Assembly: GCA_038231455.1 (NCBI GenBank)
Contig: JBBRLI010000001.1
Location: forward strand, 192,001 to 256,000
DNA from: Vulcanimicrobiales bacterium
Lineage (GTDB): Bacteria > Vulcanimicrobiota > Vulcanimicrobiia > Vulcanimicrobiales > Vulcanimicrobiaceae
Direction: 5' to 3'
DNA length: 64,000 nucleotides
Shown: in pieces, positions 29,779 to 39,925 of the stretch
Layout: every line of letters starts with the position of its first letter
Position numbering within the stretch: position 1 is the first letter of the stretch
Notes under the pieces: generated by a model
The model's input: the letters and a program-made list of their open reading frames with translations, nothing else
The model's database searches: none
What the model was told of the DNA's origin: nothing
Made by a program: the position numbers and the translations under genes

Positions 29779-31806
29779 GTGAAGATTCGCAGAATCAAGA
29801 CACTCGGGATCGCGCTATCGCTCTCGGCGATCGCGGCGGTCATCGGCTTGTTTCTCTACCAACTGCCCAAAAATACGCTCCCAAGCGCCAATCGCATCGC
29901 CGATTTCGTCGTGATCAACGACTCGCTGTTCTGGTTCCGCGATCAAAGTTGGCTAAAAAAGGTCGGCGTGAAGTTGCCCGATCTCGATGAAGACAACGAC
30001 GGCATTCGGCTCGTCACGATGGACGAGTCGACGCTTCTACCACCGAGTAAAGGCGGCTACGGGCAGTTCCCTTGGGATCGCCGCATCTACGCAAAGTTGC
30101 TCGATCGGCTCGCAAAGGCGCATGCGAAAGTTGCGACCTTCGATATTGCGTTGCTCGACCCGGCGCGTAATCCGGAAGAAGATCGTGTTCTCGCCGCAGC
30201 GATGCGGCGGATGCCGACGATCCTCGGCTATACGATCGGTACCACGAAAGGCGGGGACTCCCGTTTATCGATCAACGGAGTTGCGCCGGTGCTCGGCGCC
30301 GTGACCGCCGCACAAGGATCGACGACCGTCGACAACCCCGGCGGCTGGCTGGTCGGTCAATACTTGACGATTTCTGCGCCAGATCCGGCGGGCAAACGCG
30401 TGGATTATCCATCGCTCTCCGGTGCGACGGTTGCATTCGCACTCGGCCAAAAGATTGACGTCGTGGATCCATGGAACGCGCGGATGGGGAAGACCAATAT
30501 CCCACTCGACGGCGACGGCTATCTTTTGATGTTGCCGTTCCAAACGCACGAATACGTCGATCAAGCAGAGACGAACGGGCTGAGCTCACGCGCCGGTGCC
30601 GTACGCGAAACCATGGGATTCGCGCAAACATTTCCCCTCAACGACGTGATGAAACTCGATGACGACACGATGAAACAGTTTGCGGAAAATCGGATCATCG
30701 TCCTCGGGGCAACCGCTCAAGCGATGGGCGACTTCATTTTGACCCCGAACGGCCGGTTTCCCGGGGTCTTCTCGAACCTGCGATTCATGGATCAATTGCT
30801 GAGCAAACGATTCATCCGGCGCGCGCCGGTTGCCGTCGACTACGCGCTAATCATCATCATGCCGCTCATGATCGGCTTCCTCGTCACGCAACTCAAACCG
30901 TCGATCGGCATCGGCATCGCACTCTTAGGTGCATTCGTCTATACACTAGTTGCGATCGGTGTCTACGCGTATACCTTGCACTGGGTGAACCTGGTGCACG
31001 TCGACGTTGCAATCGTGCTCTCCGCACTGTTCGTCGCCATGTACCGGGTCGTTACCGAAGGTGCCGATAAACGCGCGATTCGCGATATGTTCGGCAAACA
31101 TGTGAGCCCCGCGATCGTCTCGCAGATGCTCGACCACGACGATCCAAAGGGCGCACTCAAACCGCAGGGCAAGCGCGTTCGGGTCACGATCTTCTACTCC
31201 GATATCCGTGGCTTCACGGCGATGTCAGAAAAAATGACGGCGGAAGAAATCTACGGTCAACTCAACGAGTACTTCGAAGAAATGTGTAAGATCGTCTTCA
31301 AGTACAACGGGTACGTCGATAAGTTTATCGGCGACTGCTTGATGGCCGTGTTCTCCGCGCCAACTCCCCAGGAGGACGACGCGTACAAGGCTTGTCTGTG
31401 CGCGTTCGAACAACAGCAGAAGATTCTCGAGATGTCGGTAGCCTGGGCGGCTGAGGGGCGCAAGACGTTCACCGTCGGCATGGGGCTTAACACAGGCGAG
31501 GTCATGATGGGCAACCTCGGTTCGAGCGACCGCATGAACTACACCGTCATCGGCGACAACGTAAACACCGCAGCGCGTCTTTACAACGTCGCCGTTGGCG
31601 GCCAGACGATCATCAGCGAGTACACGTACGACGAAGTGAAGGATCGCTTCATCGTCAACGAACTGCAGCCCGTGTTTGTCAAAGGCAAAGAACTGCCACT
31701 GCGCATCTTCGAGATCGTCGAGCCGCTCCAACCGGGGCAAGCGAATACCTCAAAAATCCTCGATCAGAGTATCGTCCACGAAGCAGCCGTTGCGGCGGAC
31801 CATTAA
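29779..31806 (+). CDS. CHASE2-domain class III adenylate cyclase
   Basis: FPWDR..YAKLL (CHASE2), 3 TM helices, FYSDIRGFT, DKFIGD, YTVIGDNVNTAARL. GGAG RBS before GTG 29779 (alternative ATG 29758). Confidence 0.93.
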   Translation: MKIRRIKTLGIALSLSAIAAVIGLFLYQLPKNTLPSANRIADFVVINDSLFWFRDQSWLKKVGVKLPDLDEDNDGIRLVTMDESTLLPPSKGGYGQFPWDRRIYAKLLDRLAKAHAKVATFDIALLDPARNPEEDRVLAAAMRRMPTILGYTIGTTKGGDSRLSINGVAPVLGAVTAAQGSTTVDNPGGWLVGQYLTISAPDPAGKRVDYPSLSGATVAFALGQKIDVVDPWNARMGKTNIPLDGDGYLLMLPFQTHEYVDQAETNGLSSRAGAVRETMGFAQTFPLNDVMKLDDDTMKQFAENRIIVLGATAQAMGDFILTPNGRFPGVFSNLRFMDQLLSKRFIRRAPVAVDYALIIIMPLMIGFLVTQLKPSIGIGIALLGAFVYTLVAIGVYAYTLHWVNLVHVDVAIVLSALFVAMYRVVTEGADKRAIRDMFGKHVSPAIVSQMLDHDDPKGALKPQGKRVRVTIFYSDIRGFTAMSEKMTAEEIYGQLNEYFEEMCKIVFKYNGYVDKFIGDCLMAVFSAPTPQEDDAYKACLCAFEQQQKILEMSVAWAAEGRKTFTVGMGLNTGEVMMGNLGSSDRMNYTVIGDNVNTAARLYNVAVGGQTIISEYTYDEVKDRFIVNELQPVFVKGKELPLRIFEIVEPLQPGQANTSKILDQSIVHEAAVAADH

Positions 31807-32494
31807 GGCTGCGCTGTTGGCGCTCGTCGCCTGCAGCGCGCTTGTTCCCTCGGCCCTGCGTGCCGACGACAAAAGCTTGCTTTCGCGAAGCGCCGGCTCC
31901 GTGGAATACGGCCGCGCCGATGCGATCGATGCGCCGAACTTGCGACGTAAACTGCTCGGAGAAATCTCGCTCGAAGACGACGCCTACGTCAGCACCGATG
32001 CGCGCGCCGCCGCGCGTCTGCAACTACCCGATTCGTCGATCGTCCTTATCGGCGACCGAACGACCGCACAAATCGGCGCGTTCCACGCAGCCGACCGCGG
32101 CGAGAACGTCATCACGCTCAACCGCGGCGCCGTCCGCTTCGCCGTCACGCACGCGGCCGGAGGACGCTCGAACTATCGGTTCGTCACGCCGACCGCGCAG
32201 ATCGCGGTACGCGGGACGGTCGGCTACGTCGTTAGCGGCCCGCTCGGCGTGCAGCTCTACTGCGTGGAATGCGCACCGGGTGATGTTTCGCTGACGACCG
32301 CAAACGAGACGTACACGATCCAAAGCGGCCAATCGATCAATGCGCTCGTCATCGGTAAAGCGCAATCCGTCACGATCGTACCGAATCCGAGCATCAACAA
32401 TCCGGCGATCGACCAATTTCTCCACGGCTATAGCCCATTCGGACGCCCATCATCCGAAGGTTTCGATATCACGGGGTCCGATAGCGGCAACTAA
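31790..32494 (+). CDS. Exported FecR-domain protein
   Basis: TTG start gives signal peptide MRRTIKAALLALVACSALVPSALRA; ARLQLPDSS, TPTAQIAVRGT FecR motif. Confidence 0.8.
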   Translation: MRRTIKAALLALVACSALVPSALRADDKSLLSRSAGSVEYGRADAIDAPNLRRKLLGEISLEDDAYVSTDARAAARLQLPDSSIVLIGDRTTAQIGAFHAADRGENVITLNRGAVRFAVTHAAGGRSNYRFVTPTAQIAVRGTVGYVVSGPLGVQLYCVECAPGDVSLTTANETYTIQSGQSINALVIGKAQSVTIVPNPSINNPAIDQFLHGYSPFGRPSSEGFDITGSDSGN

Positions 32495-33276
32495 TGCATC
32501 TCGCCCCGCAAGCGTATGCGGTGCTGTTTATCGCAGGCGTCGCGGCGAGCATTTTAGGCTCGATCGTGGGCCTCGGCGGCGGTTTCGTAGTCGTGCCTGT
32601 CATGCGCATTTTCTTCTTAGCCGGTCCGTCGGTCGCAGCCGGGACGTCGCTTGTCTACGTCCTGGCCAATGTCGTCGGCGCGACGATCGGTTATGCGCGC
32701 CAGCAATTGGTCGATTTCAAACTCGGCTGGACGATTGCGATTGGGGCGATCCCCGCGAGCATCGCCGGCGTCTACGTGTTGCGCCTTTTCTCGCCCACCG
32801 GATTCGATATCGCCTACGGTGGGCTTCTGATTGCGCTCGGTGTGATTTCACTTCGGCAACGGGACCGCCTGAGCGACCCGAATTCGATCGAACAACCGTT
32901 TGCGCGCTCGATCCCGCTTGCAATCGCCGCTGGGATCCTCATCGGCCTTGCCTCGAGCATCTTCGGTATCGGCGGCGGATTCGTGATGGTGAGCGTCTAT
33001 TTGGTGCTCGCCGGAATGAAGCCACGGGTGATCGCCGCGACCTCATCGTTTGTCGTGTTGCTAACCGCGCCGTTTGGTATCGCCGCCCACATCGCCGCCG
33101 GACACGTCTCGCTCGATTTTTCCATACCGCTCGTGCTCGGCGGGCTCGTCGGCGGCACGATCGGACCGCACATCGCAAAACGGCTCTCGAGCCGAGCGAT
33201 CGTTACCCTGCTCGCAGTGACACTCTTTTCCAGCGTCGTCTTGCTCGTCGTCCGTCACCTTTTCGAGCACGACTAA
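32494..33276 (+). CDS. Sulfite exporter TauE/SafE family
   Basis: Duplicated GLGGGF / GIGGGF motifs, AAGTSL / AATSS, about 8 TM helices. Confidence 0.9.
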   Translation: MHLAPQAYAVLFIAGVAASILGSIVGLGGGFVVVPVMRIFFLAGPSVAAGTSLVYVLANVVGATIGYARQQLVDFKLGWTIAIGAIPASIAGVYVLRLFSPTGFDIAYGGLLIALGVISLRQRDRLSDPNSIEQPFARSIPLAIAAGILIGLASSIFGIGGGFVMVSVYLVLAGMKPRVIAATSSFVVLLTAPFGIAAHIAAGHVSLDFSIPLVLGGLVGGTIGPHIAKRLSSRAIVTLLAVTLFSSVVLLVVRHLFEHD

Positions 33277-33335
33277 CTCGGCCGCAGGGTAAGCGACGCT
33301 GCCCAACGCACTGCAATTCAACGGAGGGACTTCCT

Positions 33336-33881
33336 ATGGTGCCCTGTGAGCGGTCGCGCGTTCTTCCACTAACAGCGTGGATTTCTGATTTTCTCGACGC
33401 CCTTAGCGTAAGTGGCGAAGATGCAATCGCGCCCTATTTACACACGACGGGAATCGCTCCGCAGACGCTCGATCCCCATATCGCTTTTCCCGCCAGCGGC
33501 TACTCGCGCAAACGGCTCGCTCAGACGGACGACATGGAAATCGCCCTCCTATGCTGGTCGCACGATGCGCTTACGCCGATCCACGATCACGGCGGCGTCG
33601 GTTGCTGGACGGCCGCGCAACTCGGCTCATTCTCGGTCACCAGTTTCTCGCTGAAGTCGCTCGACCTCGACTCCGGTTGCGCATCGCTTTCCGTCGCGCG
33701 CACCGAAGAGGCGATCGTTGAGGAGATCGACCGTGACTGCCGCACGATGATCCACCGCGTAAGCGTCTCTCCGAACTGCGAACGCGCCGTCTCCGTGCAC
33801 GTGTATCGCAACCCGATCTGCGACTATCTCGAATTCGACTTCGAACGCTCGCGCGTCGCGCGCAAGTCGATGTCGGTTTAG
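33336..33881 (+). CDS. Cysteine dioxygenase family (cupin) protein
   Basis: GGAGG RBS; YSR..L, LLCW....TPIHDH, IHRV, AVSVHVY. Confidence 0.8.
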   Translation: MVPCERSRVLPLTAWISDFLDALSVSGEDAIAPYLHTTGIAPQTLDPHIAFPASGYSRKRLAQTDDMEIALLCWSHDALTPIHDHGGVGCWTAAQLGSFSVTSFSLKSLDLDSGCASLSVARTEEAIVEEIDRDCRTMIHRVSVSPNCERAVSVHVYRNPICDYLEFDFERSRVARKSMSV

Positions 33882-34393
33882 CTCGGACGCGCTCGCGACG
33901 CGGCTTGCTGCATCGTCACCTCGCGCGTTTCGACGATTTCTAAAACGGTTAGCGACTTATTGCAACGGGCGCAGACGGCACTTGCCGGCGGCTTTCGTTT
34001 GCGCAGCAGTTCCATCCCGCATTTTTCGCAGCGCACGATATAGCGCTTGGCGCTCGGGTTGAACGGCACGGCCGTGCCCATATCATGATAGATCGAACTC
34101 AGGCCAAGTTCGCGCATCTTCTTCTTGAATTTTGCCGTATGACCGGGGTTTTCACCGCGCGCGTAGAGCCAAGCGTGAATCATCTCGTGTAACAACGTCT
34201 CGCGAAGCGCATCGGGTTTGTCTTTGAGGTGCTTCGGCGAAAGCTCGATCGTCGGCGGCTTGTAGGTGATGCGGCCGGCGAGGTTTGCGAAGCGGCTATT
34301 GTAGGCGATACGGTGGGCCGGAATTTCGCCGTCGAAATAGGTGTAGTTCAGCTGCGCGAAGAGGAGTTGGAGTTCGGCAACATCGGGGAGCAC
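33878..34393 (-). CDS. SprT-like zinc metalloprotease with Zn ribbon
   Basis: LN..YF, ETLLHEMIH, H...FK, CEKC...CARC. Confidence 0.88.
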   Translation of the reverse strand: MLPDVAELQLLFAQLNYTYFDGEIPAHRIAYNSRFANLAGRITYKPPTIELSPKHLKDKPDALRETLLHEMIHAWLYARGENPGHTAKFKKKMRELGLSSIYHDMGTAVPFNPSAKRYIVRCEKCGMELLRKRKPPASAVCARCNKSLTVLEIVETREVTMQQAASRARPS

Positions 34394-34449
34394 GCGTGTT
34401 TCATTCGCCGCGAAAAGAGTCGCCGCATCCTAGGCGAACACGATTGAAC

Positions 34450-35223
34450 GTGAATCGTCCCGAAGGCGCCGGGCTCCCGCCGCGCATCGTCATACCCGTC
34501 CTTGCCGTCTTTGCGGTGCTCTTCTTGGGCATCATGGGCTACTTCATCAAAGTCGGCCTATCAACGTCGGGTTCGGCATTCGGCTCGGGAACGCCGCACG
34601 AACAGGGCGATGCGAAAATTCAAGCGACACCGGCACCGGTCGCAATCGCAACCGATCCACCGGGAACGGTCGATATTCCGCAGAGCGGCACCGGGGCCGG
34701 CGCGTCCGTTGCAAGCGGAGCACAGCCGCCGAACGCGCAGCCGGTGGAACAGCAAGCTCCCGTCGGCGCGCCGCCGGGCAACACAACCGGCGGCGGCCCG
34801 CCCCCCGCCGTGAAGCAAGCGATCGACGATCTCAAAGCGCGGATCGCAAAAAACCCGCGCGATCTTGCAGCGCTTGTGACGCTTGGCAATTTCTATTTCG
34901 ATGCTCAAAAGTTCGATCAAGCCGGAACCTACTACCAGCGTGCGCTGGCGCTCGATCCCGGCAACCCCGACGTGCGCACCGACTACGCGGTGGTCGAGCA
35001 TCAGACCGGGCACGATATCGAAGCCCTCGCCTCGATCGACGCGATTCTCAAATCGAATCCGACGTTTACGCCGGCGCTCTTCAATCGCGGCGTGATCCTC
35101 TCCGCAATCGGACGACGCACGCAAGCCGCGGACGCCTACAAACACTTCATCGCCGTTGCGCCACGCGATCCGCATGTTGGAGATGCCAAAACGGCACTCA
35201 AAGAACTTGGAGCAACGCCGTAA
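34450..35223 (+). CDS. Membrane-anchored TPR protein
   Basis: TM helix, P/G/A-rich linker, TPR repeats (LGNFYF..QKFDQA..YYQRALALDP). Confidence 0.8.
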   Translation: MNRPEGAGLPPRIVIPVLAVFAVLFLGIMGYFIKVGLSTSGSAFGSGTPHEQGDAKIQATPAPVAIATDPPGTVDIPQSGTGAGASVASGAQPPNAQPVEQQAPVGAPPGNTTGGGPPPAVKQAIDDLKARIAKNPRDLAALVTLGNFYFDAQKFDQAGTYYQRALALDPGNPDVRTDYAVVEHQTGHDIEALASIDAILKSNPTFTPALFNRGVILSAIGRRTQAADAYKHFIAVAPRDPHVGDAKTALKELGATP

Positions 35224-36056
35224 TGCGACTGTACGTTTCATGCGACATGGAAGGGACGGCTGCGGTGTCCTCGTGGACGCAAGTCGATCCGAAGAATACG
35301 ACCGAGTATCCGTACTACCGGCGGCTAATGTCGCGCGAAGTTCGCGCGGCGATCGACGGCGCGCGTGAGGCGGGCGTCGGCGACGTGCTCATTAATGACT
35401 CGCACTCATCCATGCGCAACGTGCTTTGGGACGAATTACCGCAAGACGTCCGCATGATTTACGGCAATCGCAAGCCGTTCTCGATGGCCGAGGGCGCGGA
35501 GGGTCACTTCGATGCGGCCTTCTTCACCGGCTATCACGCGGGGATCGGCGAGGCCAACGGCGCGCTCGATCACACCTACACCGATGAGACCCTCTACAAC
35601 GTGCGCATCAACGGCATGCGCTGCAGCGAGGCGATGCTTAATGCCGCCGTGCTCGGATACGTCGGCGTTCCCGTCGCTCTCATCACCGGCGACCGCGTTA
35701 CGATCGAGACGACGCGCGCGGTGATGCCGTGGATTACGGGCGTGATCGTGAAAGAATCGATCGGACGTTTCGCCACCAACTCGATTCATCCCGAGCTAGC
35801 TTGCGAAAAAATACGCACGGGGGCACGTGAGGCAATCGAGCGCATCGCCGAGGCGAAGCCCTTTGTCTTTGACTCCCCGACCACGCTGGAACTCGAATTC
35901 GTCGGGACCCAGAACGCCGACTTCGCCGAACTGATTCCCGGCTTCGAGCGCACCGGTGGACGGACGGTTCGTTTTGTCCACGCCGACTATCGCGTCATCT
36001 TCCGCGCATTCATGGCAGCGATGCGACTCGGCGCCGCCGCGAACGCACCGGTCTAA
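35223..36056 (+). CDS. dppA: D-aminopeptidase DppA (M55)
   Basis: LYVSCDMEG, INDSH, FTGYHAG, LDHTY. Confidence 0.93.
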   Translation: MRLYVSCDMEGTAAVSSWTQVDPKNTTEYPYYRRLMSREVRAAIDGAREAGVGDVLINDSHSSMRNVLWDELPQDVRMIYGNRKPFSMAEGAEGHFDAAFFTGYHAGIGEANGALDHTYTDETLYNVRINGMRCSEAMLNAAVLGYVGVPVALITGDRVTIETTRAVMPWITGVIVKESIGRFATNSIHPELACEKIRTGAREAIERIAEAKPFVFDSPTTLELEFVGTQNADFAELIPGFERTGGRTVRFVHADYRVIFRAFMAAMRLGAAANAPV

Positions 36057-36058
36057 GC

Positions 36059-36850
36059 ATGCTCGTTGGATTTCAGGGTGAACCCGCGGCATTCAGTGAT
36101 GATGCCGCGCGTCTGCTCGTGCCGGGCTCCGAGACGCGCGGCTACTCGAGTTTTGAGGACCTGCTCGATGCTGCCGACAAGCGCGAAGTCGACCTTGCAC
36201 TCTTACCGGTTGAGAATTCGATTTACGGCGCGATCGCGCGCTCCTACGATCTACTTGGCTTGCACGGCGAGCTGACGATCGTCGATGAAATCGTGTACCG
36301 CGTCATCCAGTCGCTGATCGGCACGAGCGACGCGACGATCGATGACATCAAAGAAGTCCGATCTCACCCGGTCGCGCTCGAGCAATGCCGCAAACTCTTC
36401 GCCGACCATCCCGCATGGAAACGGACGATCGTCGAAGATACGGCCGGCGCCGTTGCCGCGATCGTCACCTCAGGCGAGCGCGGTGTCGCGGCGATTGGCT
36501 CGCAAGCCGCTGCCCTGCGCTACGGTGCAAAGATCCTCAAAGAAGTCGTGCAGGACGATGCGGAAAACTTCACTCGCTTCTACCTGATTCAAAAAAACGG
36601 CAAAGCGCGTCGCAATCTGCGGCGTGCGTGTGTCGTGCTGGGATTGCACGACGGACCGGGGACGCTCCGCGATGCACTCACTTCATTTGCCGAGAAGAGC
36701 ATTAACCTGCGGTCGCTGGTCTCGCGTCCCTCGCACGAAGGCCCGTTTCAGTACCGATTCTATTGCGAGATCGACAATGTCGAGATCCGGACGCTCGCCC
36801 AGGCACTCGCCGAAATCAAAGGCGAATCGAAGATTTTAGGAATCTACTAA
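36059..36850 (+). CDS. pheA: Prephenate dehydratase
   Basis: FQGEPAAFS, LPVENSIYG, SHPVALEQC, NFTRF, ACT domain with SRP. Confidence 0.93.
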   Translation: MLVGFQGEPAAFSDDAARLLVPGSETRGYSSFEDLLDAADKREVDLALLPVENSIYGAIARSYDLLGLHGELTIVDEIVYRVIQSLIGTSDATIDDIKEVRSHPVALEQCRKLFADHPAWKRTIVEDTAGAVAAIVTSGERGVAAIGSQAAALRYGAKILKEVVQDDAENFTRFYLIQKNGKARRNLRRACVVLGLHDGPGTLRDALTSFAEKSINLRSLVSRPSHEGPFQYRFYCEIDNVEIRTLAQALAEIKGESKILGIY

Positions 36851-37282
36851 GACGGGTTTACTGATCCGGTAGCAGACGCCGCGGAACATCGCGATCGGCG
36901 ATCCGTCCGCAAGCGCCACGTTCACATCGTAGAGACCCGTGCGCCCTTTACCGCCGACGAGTTCTTGCGCAGTCGCAACGAAGCGATCGCCGAGGCGGCC
37001 GGCTTTGGTAAACGAAATACTCGCTTGCAGCGCGACGTTGGATTCGTTGCGTGAGTTGCATGCAAAGGCAAAGGCCGTGTCAGCGAGCGTGAACGTGATC
37101 CCCCCGTGCACGGTATCATGGCTATTGATCATCGTCTCCGTCACGGTCATGGCGATCCGTGCGTAGCCTTCACGCGCCTCTTCGATGGCAATACCGAGCG
37201 ACTGCGCGGTGCGGTCGCGACCGAGCATGGCCGTCGCGCACGCCAAAGCGAGCGCGTCGGCGCTTGGGTTTGCTTCGATCAT
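36836..37282 (-). CDS. paaI: Phenylacetyl-CoA thioesterase (hotdog fold)
   Basis: MINSH..VHGG..FTLADTAFAFACNS, GLYDV, FRG. Confidence 0.88.
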   Translation of the reverse strand: MIEANPSADALALACATAMLGRDRTAQSLGIAIEEAREGYARIAMTVTETMINSHDTVHGGITFTLADTAFAFACNSRNESNVALQASISFTKAGRLGDRFVATAQELVGGKGRTGLYDVNVALADGSPIAMFRGVCYRISKPVLVDS

Positions 37283-38970
37283 GCGCCCGCGGGTGTTCGC
37301 GTTTCGATCACGCGGAAACGATTTGCGACGAACGCCGCGTCGGTGAGTGAGGCGTTACCGGCCGGATTGCCGCCGGTGACATGATAGTCGCTGAACGCCG
37401 ATGACTGGTTGATCATAAGCGCGCCGGTGAGATTCTCACCAAGCGAGACGCGGCCATAGGCGGCGGCTTCTTCGGCTTTCGCCAAGACCGCCGGATCGGT
37501 CGAGTGAACGATCGCGGTGATCGCGCCTTTCGTGCGCGCTTCGTGCGATGAGATCGCGAGCGCCTGATCCACGTCATCCGTTGCGATCACGTAGACGATC
37601 GGTCCGAACATCTCCCGGCCGAATCGCTCCGTATCTTTGACATCGAGTTTGGCGACGAGCGGCGTGCGTACGCGTGCGTGCGGGAATTCCGGATGGGTGA
37701 GCGTCTTACTCGCAAGCACGACGCCGGATGCTCCGTTCTCGGCATCCACGCGGTCGAGGGTGGGCTGCGTCGCGATCGCGCCGAGCAATTCGAACGCGCG
37801 CTCCGGAGCAGCGAGCAGGCTCTCGATGGCCCCAGCAATCGCTGTCGTGAGGTCATCGAACGAGAGATGAGCGCCGTCGGCCTGGATCCCGCCGCGCGGC
37901 ACAAAAATGTTTTGCGGCGTCGTGCACATTTGTCCCGAATACAAACTCACCGACATCGCGATATTGCGCAGCATGCCTTTGAGGTTGCCCGTGCTCTCGA
38001 TGACGATCGCGTTGACGCCCGCCTTCTCCGTATAGGTTGGGCCGTGCGCGTTTTTCTCGACCCAATCGCCAAAGGCGCTGCCGCCGGTGTAATCGACGAT
38101 CGCGATCTCGGGTCGTTCGATGAGTTTCTTTGCGATCGGCTCATCGACGGAATCGACCGCAAGCTGGACGAGATTCGGATCGAACCCGGCATCGCGTAAC
38201 GTCGCCCGCATAATTTCAACGGAAATCGCGAGCGGTAGAATCGCTTGCGGGTGCGGTTTCACGATCACGGCATTACATGTCGCGAGACTTGCGAAAACGC
38301 CGGGGTAAGAATTCCACGTCGGGAATGTCGAGCAACCGATCGTCAGATCGATTCCGCGTCCGATTAGACGGAACGTCTTCTCGATCCGTAGCGGTTCGTT
38401 CTTGCCCTGCGGTTTCTCCCACAAAACACTCTCGGGAATCTTGCTCATCTCGTCGTAGGCGTAGGCGATTGCTTCAAGTGCGCGGTCTTGCGCGTGCGGC
38501 CCGCCCGCCTGAAATGCCATTCCGAATCCTTGACCCGTCGTATGCATAACGGCATGCGCCATCTCGAAACTACGTTTGTTGATGCGCGCGATCATTTCCA
38601 GAAGCACGCCCGCGCGCTCGATGATCGACGCGCGCGTCCACGACGCAACCGAGGCATTCGCCGCGGAAATCAGTGCGTCGAGGTCGGGCTTCGGGTACCT
38701 CACGCCAAGTTCGATACCAAAGGGCGATCGTTCCTCACCGATGTTGCCGCTCGAACCGGGCTGATCGAGTTCGAACGATTTGCCAAGGCGGCCCTCAAAG
38801 GCGGCCTTCCCATCGGCTGCTGCCGTTTCGCCGTACGCTTTGGCACTCGGCACTTCAACGTAGGCGCTGAAGAACTCGCGGGTGCGGATCGCTTTGAGCG
38901 CACCAAGCAAGGTCGTGTGGTGGTCTCCGAACCAGCCGTGTGCGCGGGAGGTTGTCGCTTGAGAACTCAT
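37279..38970 (-). CDS. paaN: Phenylacetic acid degradation aldehyde dehydrogenase-like protein PaaN
   Basis: FQAGGPHAQDR, WEKPQGK, GCSTFPTWNSYPG, SLYSGQMCT, FSDYHVTGGNPAGNA. Confidence 0.9.
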   Translation of the reverse strand: MSSQATTSRAHGWFGDHHTTLLGALKAIRTREFFSAYVEVPSAKAYGETAAADGKAAFEGRLGKSFELDQPGSSGNIGEERSPFGIELGVRYPKPDLDALISAANASVASWTRASIIERAGVLLEMIARINKRSFEMAHAVMHTTGQGFGMAFQAGGPHAQDRALEAIAYAYDEMSKIPESVLWEKPQGKNEPLRIEKTFRLIGRGIDLTIGCSTFPTWNSYPGVFASLATCNAVIVKPHPQAILPLAISVEIMRATLRDAGFDPNLVQLAVDSVDEPIAKKLIERPEIAIVDYTGGSAFGDWVEKNAHGPTYTEKAGVNAIVIESTGNLKGMLRNIAMSVSLYSGQMCTTPQNIFVPRGGIQADGAHLSFDDLTTAIAGAIESLLAAPERAFELLGAIATQPTLDRVDAENGASGVVLASKTLTHPEFPHARVRTPLVAKLDVKDTERFGREMFGPIVYVIATDDVDQALAISSHEARTKGAITAIVHSTDPAVLAKAEEAAAYGRVSLGENLTGALMINQSSAFSDYHVTGGNPAGNASLTDAAFVANRFRVIETRTPAGA

Positions 38971-38987
38971 AGCTTCGATGCCTTCCG

Positions 38988-39449
38988 CTAGACGGTTAGC
39001 GCCCCTTCCAGTGCGGCGCCCTTGGCCGCGTCGAAGGCACCCGCCGTGCGCCAAACGACGTTGCCGGCGGGATCGACAACAAAAATCGCCAGATCTTTTT
39101 CGTTTGCGATTGCAAGGTTCGTTTTCAGCCGATCGAGATCAAGAAACGTGACGAGCGTTGACGCGCGCGCCTCGGCCGGAACGGCGGCGCGCATTGCGGG
39201 TACGATCACGCGCCCCATCATCTTCATCCCGCTCGAGAGAGCGACGATTAAAAACGCGCGCACATCGGGTCGGCCGGTGACGTATTTTTCGATCAGCGGG
39301 ACCCAGGTCATCACCTCGCCGATCTGCTCGCGCGCAAAGCCGACGACGACGATGTTCATCGCGCCGGCAAAATCGCGCGGAAGAACGCGCGGCTCGTCCG
39401 TAAGCGTTTTGCCTTCGAGAGACGGGAAGCGAAGCGGTGAATCGATCAT
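38988..39449 (-). CDS. Thioredoxin-like (ATP10-like) protein without CxxC
   Basis: FPSLEGKTL...LPRDF.G..NIVVVGF.REQ...TW; IFVVDPAGNVVWR. Confidence 0.55.
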   Translation of the reverse strand: MIDSPLRFPSLEGKTLTDEPRVLPRDFAGAMNIVVVGFAREQIGEVMTWVPLIEKYVTGRPDVRAFLIVALSSGMKMMGRVIVPAMRAAVPAEARASTLVTFLDLDRLKTNLAIANEKDLAIFVVDPAGNVVWRTAGAFDAAKGAALEGALTV

Positions 39450-39510
39450 CGCTTGACCTTTCCACGCCGACCGTGCGAAACACCCACGCCGATTCTCGGT
39501 AGCAAGAAAC

Positions 39511-39924
39511 GTGCTTGCTTTCGGACAGAGTTACCTGATCGCGTCGCTCGTTGTGTTCGGCATCGTGATCGCTCGCCGGTACCGATCGTTGCCGCCTCGC
39601 GTTCTTTTAAATTACACGTTTTCCGGATTGCCGCGGGGTGCGGCGTGGCCCCGGCCGCTCGTTTGGCTGCCATTCGCGATCCTCGTGCCCGTCTGCACGG
39701 CGTTGCTCAGCTTCACCGCAAATGGCATTCCGAACGCCGATAAACTGGGGCCGATCTTCATCGAAATCGGAACCATCACGCTTGCGCTCTGCTACCTCTA
39801 CGATCAAATGATGCAGGTTAGCCTTGGGACGCGCGAGCGGCTGAGCCGTTCCGCGAGCCTCGGACTGCTCGTAGCGGCTGTTGGCAGCGTCGTGGCCAAC
39901 ACGGTTTTATTCGGTTTCCACTGA
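39511..39924 (+). CDS. Membrane protein, DUF1648/SdpI-like
   Basis: TM, RYRSLPPRVLLNYTFSGLP, further TMs. Confidence 0.5.
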   Translation: MLAFGQSYLIASLVVFGIVIARRYRSLPPRVLLNYTFSGLPRGAAWPRPLVWLPFAILVPVCTALLSFTANGIPNADKLGPIFIEIGTITLALCYLYDQMMQVSLGTRERLSRSASLGLLVAAVGSVVANTVLFGFH

Positions 39925-39925
39925 A

